DNA of 64,000 bases from Marsupella aquatica (Eukaryota > Plantae > Marchantiophyta). The translations under genes were made by a program, and so were the position numbers. Of the stretch, positions 52,102 to 64,000 are shown in pieces; position 1 is the first letter of the stretch, and each line of letters begins with the position of its first letter. The notes beneath the pieces were generated by a model. It had not been told where the DNA came from. It ran no database searches and was given only the letters and a program-made list of their open reading frames with translations. The stretch spans positions 17,536,357-17,600,356 of the forward strand of contig OZ316892.1 of assembly GCA_973895155.1 (NCBI GenBank). The letters are read 5' to 3'.

Positions 52102-52243
52102 TGAAAGTTCAAACAAATTTATTATTTTTTAAATCAATTATTTTTTTAAAGAGGAAATCTGTGAAACCCCATGAAAGTTCAAACAAATTTATTATTTTTT
52201 AAATCAATTATTTTTTTAAAGAGGAAATCTGTGAAACCCCATG
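52102..52243. repeat. Perfect 70-bp tandem duplication
   Basis: tgaaagttcaaacaaatttattattttttaaatcaattatttttttaaagaggaaatctgtgaaacccca occurs twice. Confidence 0.92.
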
Positions 52244-52259
52244 CTGATTCGAAGAGTCA

Positions 52260-52700
52260 GTCACAATAGTTGAACCTAAGACCTATCACAAGTGAGCTTC
52301 CATAATATTTGAACCCAAGACTCGTCACTCAAATGAACTCTCACAATAGTTGAACCCAAGACCTATCTCAAGTGAACTTCCACAATAGTTGAACCCAAGA
52401 TACTTGAACCCAAAACTTGTTACTCAAGTGAGCTCCCACAATAGTTGAACCCAAGACTCTACTCAAGTGAGCTCCCACAATAATTGAACCCAAGACCTAT
52501 CCCAAGTGAGCTTCCACAATAGTTGAACCCCAGACCTATCTCAAGTGAGCTTCCACAATAGGTGAATCCAAGACCTAGCAATAGCTACTCAATTGAGCTA
52601 CCACAAAGTCATGCTCAAATACTTGGCTACCACAAAGTCATGCTCAAATACTTGACACCCGCAACTACTCAAGTGACCTACCACAAAGTCATGTTTATGT
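52260..52700. repeat. Minisatellite (about 39-42-bp unit cacaatagttgaacccaagacctatctcaagtgagcttc) followed by ctaccacaaagtcatg repeats
   Basis: About 8 degenerate head-to-tail units with no unique spacers. Confidence 0.88.
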
Positions 52701-53393
52701 GGGCAAAGTTCAATCAAATACTTGATACTGGCGGCTGATAGTTTATCAGTTCCTACACTCATATCCCTGGCAACTGATAGTTGATGAGTTCCAACACTCA
52801 TATCCCTGCCCACTCACTCACGCAAGTCACACTCATCTCCCTTCCAACTCACTCAAGCAAGTTGTAGACTGGTCCAAACCTCATCCCTTGGCGAACTGAC
52901 TGAAGCCAGTTGGTTTCAATGTGGCAAGAGACGAATAAACAGCCATGGCAAGCGGGAAAGAATTTCGTTTCATGCCTATGGTTTTTCACTTGTTCTGTAA
53001 CCCTCTGAATTCTGGAGAAGTTTGTGCTTTGTAACACGGGGCTGATTGGGATGCCTTCAACTTCCTTTCGCTTAAATTCATGTCACGCCCGGACACCCAA
53101 ACGCGGATTCCCAGATTCAGATATCTACAGATTCAAGGCTGTTTGCTAGATCCTAAACCTTGGGCAGCAAATTTTCATTCGACGATTCTCTTGACGATTG
53201 ATTTGGGAGAATTTTTCTTCATCTTCACATTGGACAGCACAGTGCCGTGAACGATGTTTGTGTGAGAATGTGCAGAAAATGAGCTGAAAATGAGCTAGTT
53301 GTATTTCATTTCGAAAGAGAGCCAACAAGGACCTTCATGACCAGTACAGGGTCGGCTCATATCTGCGGCGAGAAGAAGCGGTCTCTAATCTAT

Positions 53394-55082
53394 CTATGTA
53401 CAAGATGGTGGGCACGAGGACAGACTTCTAATTGAGGCAGATGATGACCGGCTTCTACTACTCGAGGTCTTAAGGTCCAATTTTGCGTTCAGGCGATAGA
53501 CAATAGGACCTATTCGCTCGTTTTCCTCGGGAGGGTGCCGATACACGACGTCTACATCGAAGCACTTGGCAGCCATCCTGAAGAAATGGGAATCCTTCTT
53601 CCACCTCCTCACGTGCCCCAACAGTATGACAGACTCTTTGCCTCCTCTTCTCTCGCTTCGTTCCTTGATTTCGGAACTCAGCTCAGGCTTGTCGCTCACG
53701 AACTGCCGTCCTGTTTCGATTCGGGATACTTGCTCAGGAGCCTTGACCTGGATATCATTTGCGTGCATGACGGGCACTAATCTCTTGCCTAGAGGTGACA
53801 AACATACAGCCGACCCAATTAGCTCTGAAAGTAAGAGCTCGGTTCCTTGGAGTGGAGAGAGTAGAGCACTCACTCTTTTCGGGATCGTAGGCATCTGTGT
53901 CTCCATGGCATGATTGGTACGATTTGTCCCTGTGGCAACGAGCCAAATCAGTGTCTGAAGGAATGGTTTGTAAGACGTGTCATGGTAAACACAGTCGGAA
54001 GCAAGGATGAGGTCGAAGGACAGCTCTCCGAAGGCCTTCACGTCTTCTTCGACGCCCCAACGGAGCACTCTCGCCTCCACGCTTCCTCCAGCAGCCGCTA
54101 CGACGCTCCTGTTGAGATTAAGGTTGTAGGAGATATTCGGGATGACATGTGGCAAATCAGTCAGCACTACGTCAGCTCCTAAGCACGCCGCTACGATGCC
54201 GACCATTCCGGTCCCTGAGCCAAGTTCAAGCACCCTCATTCTTCTCATGGGTAAGAGGACATTACTAGAATCTGTGCTAAGAGAAAGTGGTAATTCTGGC
54301 TTGTCCACGACGTGCACTCCATTTCTGTCACTATGATTCTTTTCATGCTTGTGATTGGCGTCAAAATTGGCAAAGCATGGATCTATGGGGTTCTCAATGT
54401 CTGCACTAGCAAATGGTCTTTCAATGTCTTGCGAGATCTGTGCTTCAGGGTCGCCAATCGAGTCAGTTCTTCCGTTACGCTCAAAATTGTTACAGAGGGT
54501 CACGCTGTTGTCTACAATGGGGGATATCTCGCCCTCGCAAATAGAATGAGCAAAAACTGGATCCATTTGGTGACCAATGTCTCTACCAACAAGTCTATCA
54601 ATGTCTTGAAAGATCTGTGCTTCTGGTTTGCCATTGGAGTCGGTTCTTGGCGTTCCGTCACGCTCTAAAATGTCTCCTCCTACACTGCCGTCCTTAACAG
54701 AGCAGATTCTGTCATCAAGGATACGATTGTTGTCAAGGCCCTTAAAGAAACTGTCACCGAGAATTGGATTCCTTTCTAGGCCGGTAAACGAGCTGTACCA
54801 ATCAGCCAAGTCCCGTAGAAGGTGAGGAGGTCGGACATCGATAACAGACATTCCCTGTTCTCCGTATTCTTTTTCAATGTACAAGCACGTCGCATTGGCT
54901 GCAGGCCAGAGTTGAAAGGAGAGCCCTTCGGATCGTAGCTGCCGCACGGTCACATTTGCCCCGGTGCCTCTGACCTGGTAGTGGCAAAATGTCTCTGCAA
55001 TGCACGGCTCATCTGCATCACCTTCATCGCCTTCTTCGTCAGATTGTTGCTCACAAGAACTGACTTCGATGTGGCCCCTCAT
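53394..55082 (-). CDS. METTL21/Methyltransf_16-family protein-lysine methyltransferase with large insertions, intronless
   Basis: GLSFQLWPAA, RVLELGSGTGMVGIVAA, VVLTDLPHVIPNI, LRWG, FDLILASDCVY, LGHVRRWKKDSHFF. Confidence 0.92.
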   Translation of the reverse strand: MRGHIEVSSCEQQSDEEGDEGDADEPCIAETFCHYQVRGTGANVTVRQLRSEGLSFQLWPAANATCLYIEKEYGEQGMSVIDVRPPHLLRDLADWYSSFTGLERNPILGDSFFKGLDNNRILDDRICSVKDGSVGGDILERDGTPRTDSNGKPEAQIFQDIDRLVGRDIGHQMDPVFAHSICEGEISPIVDNSVTLCNNFERNGRTDSIGDPEAQISQDIERPFASADIENPIDPCFANFDANHKHEKNHSDRNGVHVVDKPELPLSLSTDSSNVLLPMRRMRVLELGSGTGMVGIVAACLGADVVLTDLPHVIPNISYNLNLNRSVVAAAGGSVEARVLRWGVEEDVKAFGELSFDLILASDCVYHDTSYKPFLQTLIWLVATGTNRTNHAMETQMPTIPKRVSALLSPLQGTELLLSELIGSAVCLSPLGKRLVPVMHANDIQVKAPEQVSRIETGRQFVSDKPELSSEIKERSERRGGKESVILLGHVRRWKKDSHFFRMAAKCFDVDVVYRHPPEENERIGPIVYRLNAKLDLKTSSSRSRSSSASIRSLSSCPPSCT

Positions 55083-56618
55083 TTTGAGCTTCCTTAACTA
55101 TCCTCGAATCCCCATCTTCTTGTTTGACTGATCCTCATTTAGGCCTCGTGAATCAACCACTCAGAAATCTGTCCTTCGTGTGCCTGTGCGCCTACATTTG
55201 CAGACTCCATCGAGCACAAGATAATGCACACTACCACTGTCATACTCAAGTCCGCGGCATTTGCCTTTCACGAGAGGAGTGGAGCATGTGTTGACGAGAC
55301 AGGCAACATTAACCTAAAAACCGTTAATACACCGTATTGAACCATTTCAGAAACCATGTTGAGTCAGCAACGTTGGAAGTGGAAGCAGAGAAAGGACAAT
55401 GTTGAGTCAGCAAGGTTGGGAAGTGGAAGCTGGGATGGACGCAGGAACTTTACAATAAAGATATCCGTAAAGTGCAAAAATGTTGGATGAGTGGAGGGTA
55501 GTTAACGTAAACCCAAGATCGGTTCAAAACTAACTCAGGTTAGTTTAATCACATACAAAGTGACCAGGAGTTGGGTGAGAAACTTTCTTGGTGTGCAACA
55601 AGTGGAAAAAACTTTTTCAGTCTGGATTAGGGATTTCTCTCCAAGATTATAGGCGCTGCTAGCACGTCGAGGGTGAGGATCGATTCGTTAGAAATGGCAG
55701 CAGAGAGGGAGCTTCGAAGTCGAATGATAGTGCTTGACACAGGCACAATGGAGGCAGTCTCAAGAGCCATGAAGAAGAAGGGTGTGAGCAAGACAAGAGT
55801 GAAACAACGATCAGACGAGAGTCGGGAGGTGAGGGGGGTATATCCTGAAGTGCTCGCACCTTTAGATTGTTCAAGATCGGGAGGGGGGCGGACATTGCAA
55901 GCAGAACGCGGGGCAGAACGCCCTGCAGCGCCCGGGGCAGCGGCCATCAATCTTGAGCTGGCTAGCAAGGTGGCAGCAAGAGCAGAGGAGGGTGACAAGA
56001 ACAATCCGGGTATGTCCTAATTACAGAAGAACTCTCCTGCTCAGCAAACGAGGAATGGAAAAGCTATGGTAGGATTTCAGATTTGTTTGTTTCAGCTCCA
56101 ATGTGGTCAATTGAGAAATAGAGTGAAATGAAGAGAGAGAGACATCAGTATCTTTTAGTGGAATCATGAAGTGGATTTCAGATTCAGTTTAGTATCGATC
56201 TTTGTCTGCAGATCAGTACCTGTCATCAATCAAGATGATTGCTATCAATCTGGACAGTGGGGCAAAAAATCAATTTCCATCAGTATCTGCTTTCGACTGT
56301 GCTTGTTTGGATCTATTTGATTCATACTATAGTGAACACAACCCTTAGCTAATCCTTGATGAAAGCTCTGTGTTCATGAATATAGCATTGTTATGTTAAT
56401 TTGGCTTTGGTCCTGAATGATTTAGTTGTACTTCGCTTTGGATTTCTAAGAATTGAAGTGCAACCGAGACCATTTTAATTGAGCACATGTCTGGAAATGC
56501 AAGTCTTATTTCAATTGCTATATTCATGTTGGATGTCTCTGTACTTGTATTCATTCTGAGTTGTCATCAATTCGATTCAATTTGCTCTTGCTCTATTTTC
56601 GCACTTTCTCATTAGGTA

Positions 56619-57737
56619 TGGCCAATTTCGCAGTGGAGACCTTGGACAACAAGGTGAAGGAGCCTGGATTTGTGAGTCACAACTTTGTTTGCTTGGATAC
56701 CACAATCCAGCCATCCACACTTGATGCTGAGGTAGAAAATCTAGTTTCTGGGCATATGATATTTGAAAGCCCCCAGCAAGTCACCTTGTCGGATAGTAGC
56801 AGCAGCAATAAGGAAGAGGAAACTCCAATTGAATCCATGGCTGCTACCTCAGAGAGTGAAAAGTCTGGAAGCGAGTCCTCTGGACAGAGTCTAGAGATGC
56901 AGCCCAAGCTAAAACAAAAGAATTGTGAGAAGAGTGAGAAGAGTGATGGCGAAGGTCATCTACAGAAACAAAAAAAAGCAGAAGGTGAGGAAGGTGGTGG
57001 ACAATGACCACGTTGGCCCTCTAGTGAGAGCTTATTGGAAACATTTTACTGAATTCAGCAAAGGGTGAAAGCAAAAAGTGAAACAACTAGTCCCAGCTAA
57101 GGTGTGGGAGAAGATCTATGTTGACTACAAGGCGATATTTCCAAGATCACCATTTGAGGAAGAGACTCTTAAAGACCATCTAAGGGACAGCCTCAAAGAT
57201 ATGCAGTCAGGAGTGAATAACCCTGAGAACGGGGATGGAGCAACTCTGCAAGATGCAAATCTGATGTTTAAGCTAAAGGACACCCCTTCCTGGAAGGCCA
57301 GGAACATTTTGAAAGTTAGGGAAGGGGCTATGGCTGGCACAAACAGCCCTGCAGTGAGTAATCCAAAGTGTTCTGGATCTGTGGCACCACCCCGACCAGT
57401 CACCCCATCCACAAATCCAGGTGATGACACAGTAAAGAAGCCTCCCACCAAGAAGGACAGCCTGAAGCGAGCAGGAGAGAACCTTGATGAGATGATGGGG
57501 ATGTTCAAAAGTATTACTTCTGAGAAGGGCCTTGATGAGAAAACAAAGCAACAGGAGTCATTGGCTCGTCAAGCCGAATCTGCAGCTCGGAGAAAAGAAT
57601 CAGAAGAGAGAAGTGCATTTCAAGCCAAGCAAAATGTGTTGGCAGACATTACATTACTCAAGGAGCAGCGAGCATTGGAGCTGATCAGTGAGGACGAGTT
57701 CAAGGAAAAATGCAAAGCTGCTTTTGGACTCTTGTAG
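56619..57737 (+). pseudogene. Transposon accessory ORF (Myb/SANT-like), disrupted
   Basis: ORFs 56561-57007 and 57078-57737 join through a frameshift near the A-run at about 56970 and an in-frame TGA at about 57066; VWEKIYVDYK..FP..F.EETLKDHL resembles a trihelix/Myb motif. Confidence 0.6.
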
Positions 57738-58270
57738 TTATAGTTTTTGAGGTGGCAAGAGTGATCATGTACTTGACCACTTCTGCCAATATCAGTAGTT
57801 CATTGCAAACATCAGTAGTTCGACCAATTTTGTACTCTATGTCAAGGTCTATGTACTTGGCCAATTTTGATGAAGTAAACTGCATTTTGTGCTTGGAGCA
57901 ATTTTATTGCATGTAATACAAATGATTCATGAGTGAATATAAAACACATCTATGCATTTGAGCTTCCGTGTGTTGTCATGTCTTCCAAGGTCTTCAATTT
58001 CTTCATAAAGGCAAATATTTTGACTGTAGTTTTTGGAACTAGAGTAATGAATCCACAGATTTGCAAAAAATCAGTACTCAGCCATTTGAAAGGCAACTGA
58101 TAATTTTATTCATGAAGAGTCATGCATATATCCCCTAAAAACAGACACAACTTTACATACATGCTTTCAATTTGATAACATCATCAATCTTATCTGAACT
58201 GTGCATATGACAGTGCAGGCTATATATAAAATGTTGAGCCCAAGAGCTCTCTCATGAGCTTCCATGGTTT

Positions 58271-59430
58271 TCAAAAGTCGCCAGCCCATCCCTTGTTCTC
58301 TTCTCCTCTGACCCTAGGACCAATTATTTCTACTCGCATGTCCCTCCTTCGCCTATGCAGGAAATTGGTGAGCAATGCAGCTGCCCTAAATGTGATGGCA
58401 AACTTAGGTCTCACAAGATCAAATCTTTTCTGCAACCGCCTCCATTTCTGTTTCATACCACCAATTCCCCACTCCACCTTGACTCTGTATCTTGTTGAAG
58501 ATCTTCACCAGGCTTTCGTCCAATTCCATAGCTCGGATTTCCACCTTACTGAAACCTCTCATGACATAATTCTCCATGCTGGTGTATCCCTGATCGCCAA
58601 GCAAATACTCATAGTAGTCATCCTGATTTGCAAACAGGGTTCTGCAATTCTTGTCCACCCAAGAATCCTTCAGAATTGTGACATCATGGAAACTACCAGG
58701 ATAGCCAGGGTCAACATAGATAAAAAGTCCATTATGATCTACTAGCACTGTGGAATTAAAGCAATACATCTTTTTCCGCCCCTGATACCATTTACTGTGA
58801 TAGGGGTCGTCAAAGGGCCTGCGAATTTTGCATAAGGTGCCATCAACAAATCCTATGCATCCAGGCAAGTTGGTGATGACATTCCCCAACTCCAATCTCT
58901 CATCGGCAGTAGGCCATCGGATCTCATTGGCCAAGGCTTGATTTACACAAGAAGCTACAAAAATGGCATCAGCACATACTGATGATCTTGCCCAATTCCA
59001 ATGAGCAGCATCAAAATAAATTGTGTTGTCATGCTTCATGTAAAAGACGTAGCTAAGCAATCTCTGTTCTGGAGTCAATTTGCTAGGGCGACCTTTCAGC
59101 TTATGAGATAATCCAATAGACCTAGCATTCTGTTCTATGGTGGGACAAACGATTGCACAAAGCTCTACAAATTCTTCGAGAGTGAAATTTGTGAGGTCCT
59201 TGAACAATTGTGGAGTTTGAGAGTATTTAGAGAGCAGGTCATCTACTGGCCTTCTTGGGTTCACAGTCACCTAATTCTCCCGAGCAAGCTCAATTGGCTG
59301 GAATGTTTCGAGCATTATGAGATAAGCTTGCATAGCCATTGCAAGCAACAACAGCATCAAGGTATCTCCATCATCTTGGCCATCATTCTCTCCTCTCCAG
59401 AAATCTTCATTCTCGTTGCCGTGCGCAACT
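58271..59430 (-). pseudogene. Harbinger/ISL2EU-type DDE transposase (HTH + DDE_Tnp_4-like), disrupted
   Basis: CIGFVDGTLCKIRRP, YPGSFHDVTIL, YLLGDQGY, RVKVEWGIGGMKQKWRRL; frameshift at about 58487 and in-frame TAG at 59271-59273. Confidence 0.88.
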
Positions 59431-60111
59431 GGAGGATTGTTGCATATCAATTATCCCTGGCATCTGCATCTCCATTACTAGGCGCACTGCTCGGAGATCC
59501 ATAGTTGAAGAAAAAACGGAGAGCTCACCTGCTTCTTGTGGCCACCGTCAAAGAGTAGATGAAGGACTGCAGGACGCACGTAGTGGCGAGGGCGCAGATC
59601 AATTTGGCACTGATCAATTTGTTGCGATGTCCAGGCCAAGGGCAGAGGCTGCTGTTGTTGCGATGTCCAGGCCAAGGGTAGAGCTGCACATTGTTGTGCG
59701 ATGTCGAGGCCAAGGCAGAGCTGCTGAGTACAAGCATGATGGATCTATCGTGTGCCAGAATTAACTCAGGTTGATTTACAGTAACTCGTCAAGCTTTACA
59801 AAGCAGGACCTACTTTACGACTAATGAAAAATTAGCAGGTCTAATCCCGAGTTAGCCTAATTCTTAGACGAAAGTCAGGATATACTTTACGGATATCTTT
59901 AATGTCAAGAACTTTACACTTTCAGCATACTCCCTATCCTGACAGTGTCATGATATTTGTGCTCTAATTCTTGATGGGAAGCCAGGATGGACATTGAAAC
60001 TTTACAATGTCACAATGTTCCGATCGAGTCTAGGATGGACATATGTAGGAACTTTACAATGTCAGAGTATTGTGACAGTATCATGATATCTATATCTATA
60101 CTGTAATCCTT

Positions 60112-60302
60112 GATTGACTTTTACCATTCATGACCTAAATGCCATAAGTTGTAGTTTTTCTTATGACAGAGAATTTTGATATTTAGACTCTACTTGTAAG
60201 TAGACTATAATTATAGATTGACTTTTATCATTTATGACCTACCTAAAACCATAGGTTGTAGTTTCTCGTAAAACAAAATTCTGATATTGAAACTATACTT
60301 GT
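60112..60302. repeat. Direct repeat (about 85 bp, two copies)
   Basis: gattgactttta.catt.atgaccta...cata.gttgtagttt...att.tgatatt..act.tacttgt occurs twice. Confidence 0.75.
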
Positions 60303-62289
60303 GAGAAGGGACAGGCATGGGGGGTCTATGTAACCATTACTGGGCACATGCCTGGAGTACATTCTGGGAATTGTATCAAAGATTTGTATCTTGGGCCCTT
60401 CCACTTTACAATGTTGAATTTGGCTGCTGTTATATTTTGTGTTAAGGAAAGGCACAACAAGCCAACTTTAAAAAAGAAAATTGAGTTTGACCAATGGCCA
60501 ATTGTATAGGAAGAGTAAAAACGCTTGACCCTATCTCTGGGTCCCTGTCCGATCCCTGGGTGTTGTCCCATTGTGCCTACGTACCGTACCCTACATAAAA
60601 TAGCATGCTCCGGAGCAGGATATCTATCCTCTCTTGAATGGGCCTGCTTTTGGATTTCAAGGCAACAAAAAAGAAGATTGTGACCTGCTATTAGGAAACA
60701 ACCATAGTAGTGTTCTCCCAATTGTATTCAATACTATTGGTAAACTAGACCAATGAAATTCTAGCCAGCTTAGAGGGAGGAGGAGGGGCTGGCTGTCCTG
60801 TGGGAGCCAGCTGTGAAGGGTAGCAGAGGTACCACCTTAAAGCACTCCTGAATGTTTTCTCTTGTATGTGTGTACAAGGTTACCCCCTGCCAAGCCACTG
60901 AACCCCTGGCCTGGAGATTATGAAATTGGAATGAGAAATAGAGTAAAATGCAAGTGGCAAACAGTGAAGGATGAGACTTTTGCTCTGTAAAACTAAACTG
61001 AATGGCTCACAAAGGCACTCAGACTTTATGCTCAAGAATTCATCCCCACTTGGGGATAATGGCTGTAACCCCCTTGGGCTCAGCGCCCTGTGGGACTACA
61101 TCCCATTACCCCCTCTTGGGGATAGGCTACCACCACATAAAAGTGCAAAAAAAAAATTTCCATAAATTTTTGCCATTCAACTTTGGAAGATAAATCCCCG
61201 AGGATGTTAGTCTGAGGGGGATTAGATTTCTAGCATTTCGAAGGGCACAGAAGTTGGAAATTTTGTTTTCATTTTTGTTATATCATTTTCCATGAGTCTG
61301 GGATGAGCCAGAATATCTTATTCTCAGTAGGGGATCAGCCATAAGGTGAGTGGGAGAGGAAGGAGGGGATAAGTATGCTCTCCAAATCCTTGTAGAATAC
61401 AAAGGAAAACAAGAAATAGGGATTTATGCAACCTTGAATCATGTGGGCTAAAACCCTAAACCCTAACAATTCTTGTGAAAACCTAATTGTGACACACTCG
61501 ATAATAAGAGGTGTTCAATGCAAATGTGCCCATGCAATTACGAGTACATTAGAAAAAATACCCCTGTCTGGGTATTCAATGTGCAATGTCAAAATACCCC
61601 CGTCTAGGAATCCAGCGCACACCTAAGAAAGGTGTGTGATCAAGGAGAATTCGAGCTTATAAATGAGATCCCAGAATTCCACATTTTATGTTGAGATTAT
61701 CCCTAAACCTGCTCAAATTGCATGTCCAGCATGCTTGGCAAGTGCATAGGGTCTTTTGTTCAAACCACTTTTCACCCAATCCTTTTTAAGGTATCTTGAT
61801 TTCTGCAATATGACAGGGCTTTGAGCAACTCCTCTTCCAGAAAACTTTATTTGAATCACATACATGGAATGAAATTGTTGGAAGAGCATGATTGAGTTAA
61901 CATACACATTGCCTACCAAATACATCAAGAGGGAGTTGAGTCATGCTTGGCTTACCATTGATGCCACACTCCATAGTTGTCTCTCTTCCATTCCCTTGCT
62001 CATGCCAAGGCTCATGCTTTGCTTCTCATTGAAGTCACTCTACATCGCCAGTGCAACCTTTTTCCCATTTTTGGCAAAAGCTCACCAGAGTTTTGAGTCA
62101 CGTTACAGGGCCTGATAGGCACAATCTGATGGCTCTCCTTGCATCTAGGGAGATCTAACTGTCAATTTAGAAAATCTAGAAAATTTCAATAGAGAATATC
62201 TAGCATCTCCTCCTACACACAAGATAACATTGGCCACCCTTGCAAATCAAAGAAAAACCTTTTAAATTCCCGTGATATTTGGATGTAAA

Positions 62290-62810
62290 CCTAAGCTAGG
62301 TGTAATGTAATACTAATGTACTCAAACATGAAACAGCTAAAGTAAGGAGTCTCAGTCAATCTTGGCAAAGTCCACATTCTGCCTGCACTTCAAAGACAAG
62401 CAAGAGGATGACTTCATTGTCAAGCTTTTGGGAACACAAAGACAAACAAAACTTGGCTCTAGAGGAAAGAGGCTTGGTCTAAAACTAATGGAGTTGATCA
62501 TATTTGTAAAAATAAATCTAGGAAGTCTAAGTAGACAATATCCCTAGCGTCTACTTCTTCACACGAGACAACATTCACCACCCTGGAAAATGTTAACAAC
62601 CTTAAAAATTACCGAGACATTTACATTTAAAGCTAAGCTAAGTGTGATGTAAAACAAGTGTACCAAAACATGAAACAGCTACAGTAGGGAGTCTCCAGTC
62701 AATCTTGGCAAAGTCCATATTGTTCTCCATATTGTTCTGCATGTGACAAGCAAGAGGATGACTTCAGTGTGAAGCTTTTTGGGAACACAAAGACGAACAA
62801 AGCTTGGGCT
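62290..62810. repeat. Dispersed direct repeat (about 170-180 bp, two copies)
   Basis: aaacatgaaacagcta..cagtcaatcttggcaaagtcca..gacaagcaagaggatgacttca..ggaacacaaagac at about 62325-62460 and 62667-62810. Confidence 0.8.
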
Positions 62811-64000
62811 CCAATTTTCAAGCCGAGTTCAAATTTACGTACTCCAATTGGTAGGAAAAAACGCGTAGTGCTCAGCGGAATATAGAGCTTCATACTCTCG
62901 GAATTCTCAAAGCTCTTGGTGCGTGGTCGTTCTAAGGCTTGTAAGGTTATTCTCTACAAGCAGATCTGGACTTCGGCTTTGAGGAGGGGGACACATTATT
63001 TTGGCGTTGAAGACTGAAGCCACTGCTCGCGCGACAGGAGTGATTTCATGGTTTCGAAGGAACAGGAAACAGAAAGTACATAATTCAGAGGCGCGGTAGA
63101 AAGAGAATTGGAGAAAGACCTGAATATTTCGAGGCCGGTTTTCGCAATCAGGAGAGAAGAGAAGGATATTATTTAACCCTGTGAGGATACGGCAGACAGA
63201 CATTTCCTGGCAGGTTTGCAGAATAGCGTCGGAACGCACGGAGAATGTGGAACAGGGGGGCAGACTACAAACGCGTGCCCCAGGTAAGCATCCTTCCCGG
63301 CCCCTGTCTCTCGCCTGGAGACATCGATGTTAATGAATCAGAATTATGGTCAGAGAGGGAGAAGAGAGAAAGAGAGTCCAGTCCGAGTATGAATCATTGA
63401 ATGGATGGATGGAAGAACGAATGGATCGATTAATGCAGAATCCTCAGGGAACTAAATGTGCCATGAGGTGACACTGCACAATTACTTCGAAGGGCAAAAT
63501 GTCACACACGGCGTGAGCACAGAGGGTGGACAGAGCAAGCAGAGGACTTCAACTAGACAGCTGATCTGAATCTCAGGTCTCAGCTAGACGTTGAATGACC
63601 TGACCGACCAGGGTCTGATCAAAGTATCTACAGATTGATGTGTGGCATAGAAGAGTGGTTGAAACGAAATTTTTATGCAAGGCATGTTTGAAGCTGATAC
63701 CGTTGAAATTGAGTATTAGGGCGAAGCAAGTAAATGAAGCTCGGGGGAAGTTGGATTGGCTCAATTGTGGAAGGGATGGTTTGATCGCTTGAAAACAGAA
63801 TGGCGGGATTACATGACCGGGTTTCTGCAGACAATATATTCCTCACATTGGTCAGATTTTGAAGTTAATTATTTTTCAACTTTTATTTGAACGGTGGTGG
63901 CAGGGTTCACTAGGGAGTGCTGGAAACACGAACAGTGCTGGAAGCACGATGGATAGTTCAAGACCAGCTGCTCGTCGCACGAGCTTCGCGCCGCCTACAT

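Larger units (their letters stand above)
55457..59900. mobile_element. Full-length PIF/Harbinger-superfamily (PHIS, Pangu-like) DNA transposon, 4444 bp
   Basis: 17-bp perfect TIR AAAGATATCCGTAAAGT; AAT TSD at 55454-55456 and 59901-59903; contains a DDE transposase (-) and a convergent second ORF (+). Confidence 0.9.

Noticed and set aside
52260-52580. Regularly spaced repeats of about 40 bp resembling a CRISPR array
   Set aside because: Units are head-to-tail with no unique spacers, there are no cas genes, and the context is eukaryotic; this is a minisatellite.
61450-61467. AAACCCTAAACCCTAA telomere-like motif (also at about 45018 and 49452)
   Set aside because: Only about two units; common interstitial telo-box-like sequence and not evidence of a telomere.
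62907-64000. Possible gene start (strong CAG|gtaagc donor at about 63283) and ORF 62907-63239
   Set aside because: No identifiable coding exon inside the window; may be the UTR of a gene beyond the edge.

Overview
Eukaryotic nuclear DNA from a land plant, probably a liverwort-like bryophyte (an inference from gene content, including HNL-type alpha/beta-hydrolase domains). Genes supported by the sequence: a 15-exon GDP-mannose pyrophosphorylase-alpha/KONJAC-like gene (-), an intronless organellar TyrRS (-) head-to-head with tRNA-Leu(UAA), an FCP1/NIF-like HAD gene with a long Arg-rich tail (-), a mitochondrial m-AAA FtsH (+), an intronless HIR/SPFH gene (+), a SET-domain pseudogene (-), mitoribosomal mL59 (-), a tandem alpha/beta-hydrolase locus whose second copy is frameshifted and has Ser->Cys at the nucleophile (+), and an intronless METTL21-like methyltransferase (-). 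Intergenic DNA holds two solo LTRs with perfect TSDs, a Tourist-like MITE, TTAA-flanked TIR elements, a complete but decayed 4.4-kb PIF/Harbinger-superfamily (Pangu-like) transposon, and many tandem and inverted repeats. The strongest unexplained signal is a pair of duplicated 49-nt exons in the GMPP-alpha gene. Reading frame forces exactly one of them to be used, and they encode RRLSSF versus RRLNSL at a likely kinase site. All exon models were worked out by eye, without transcript data.
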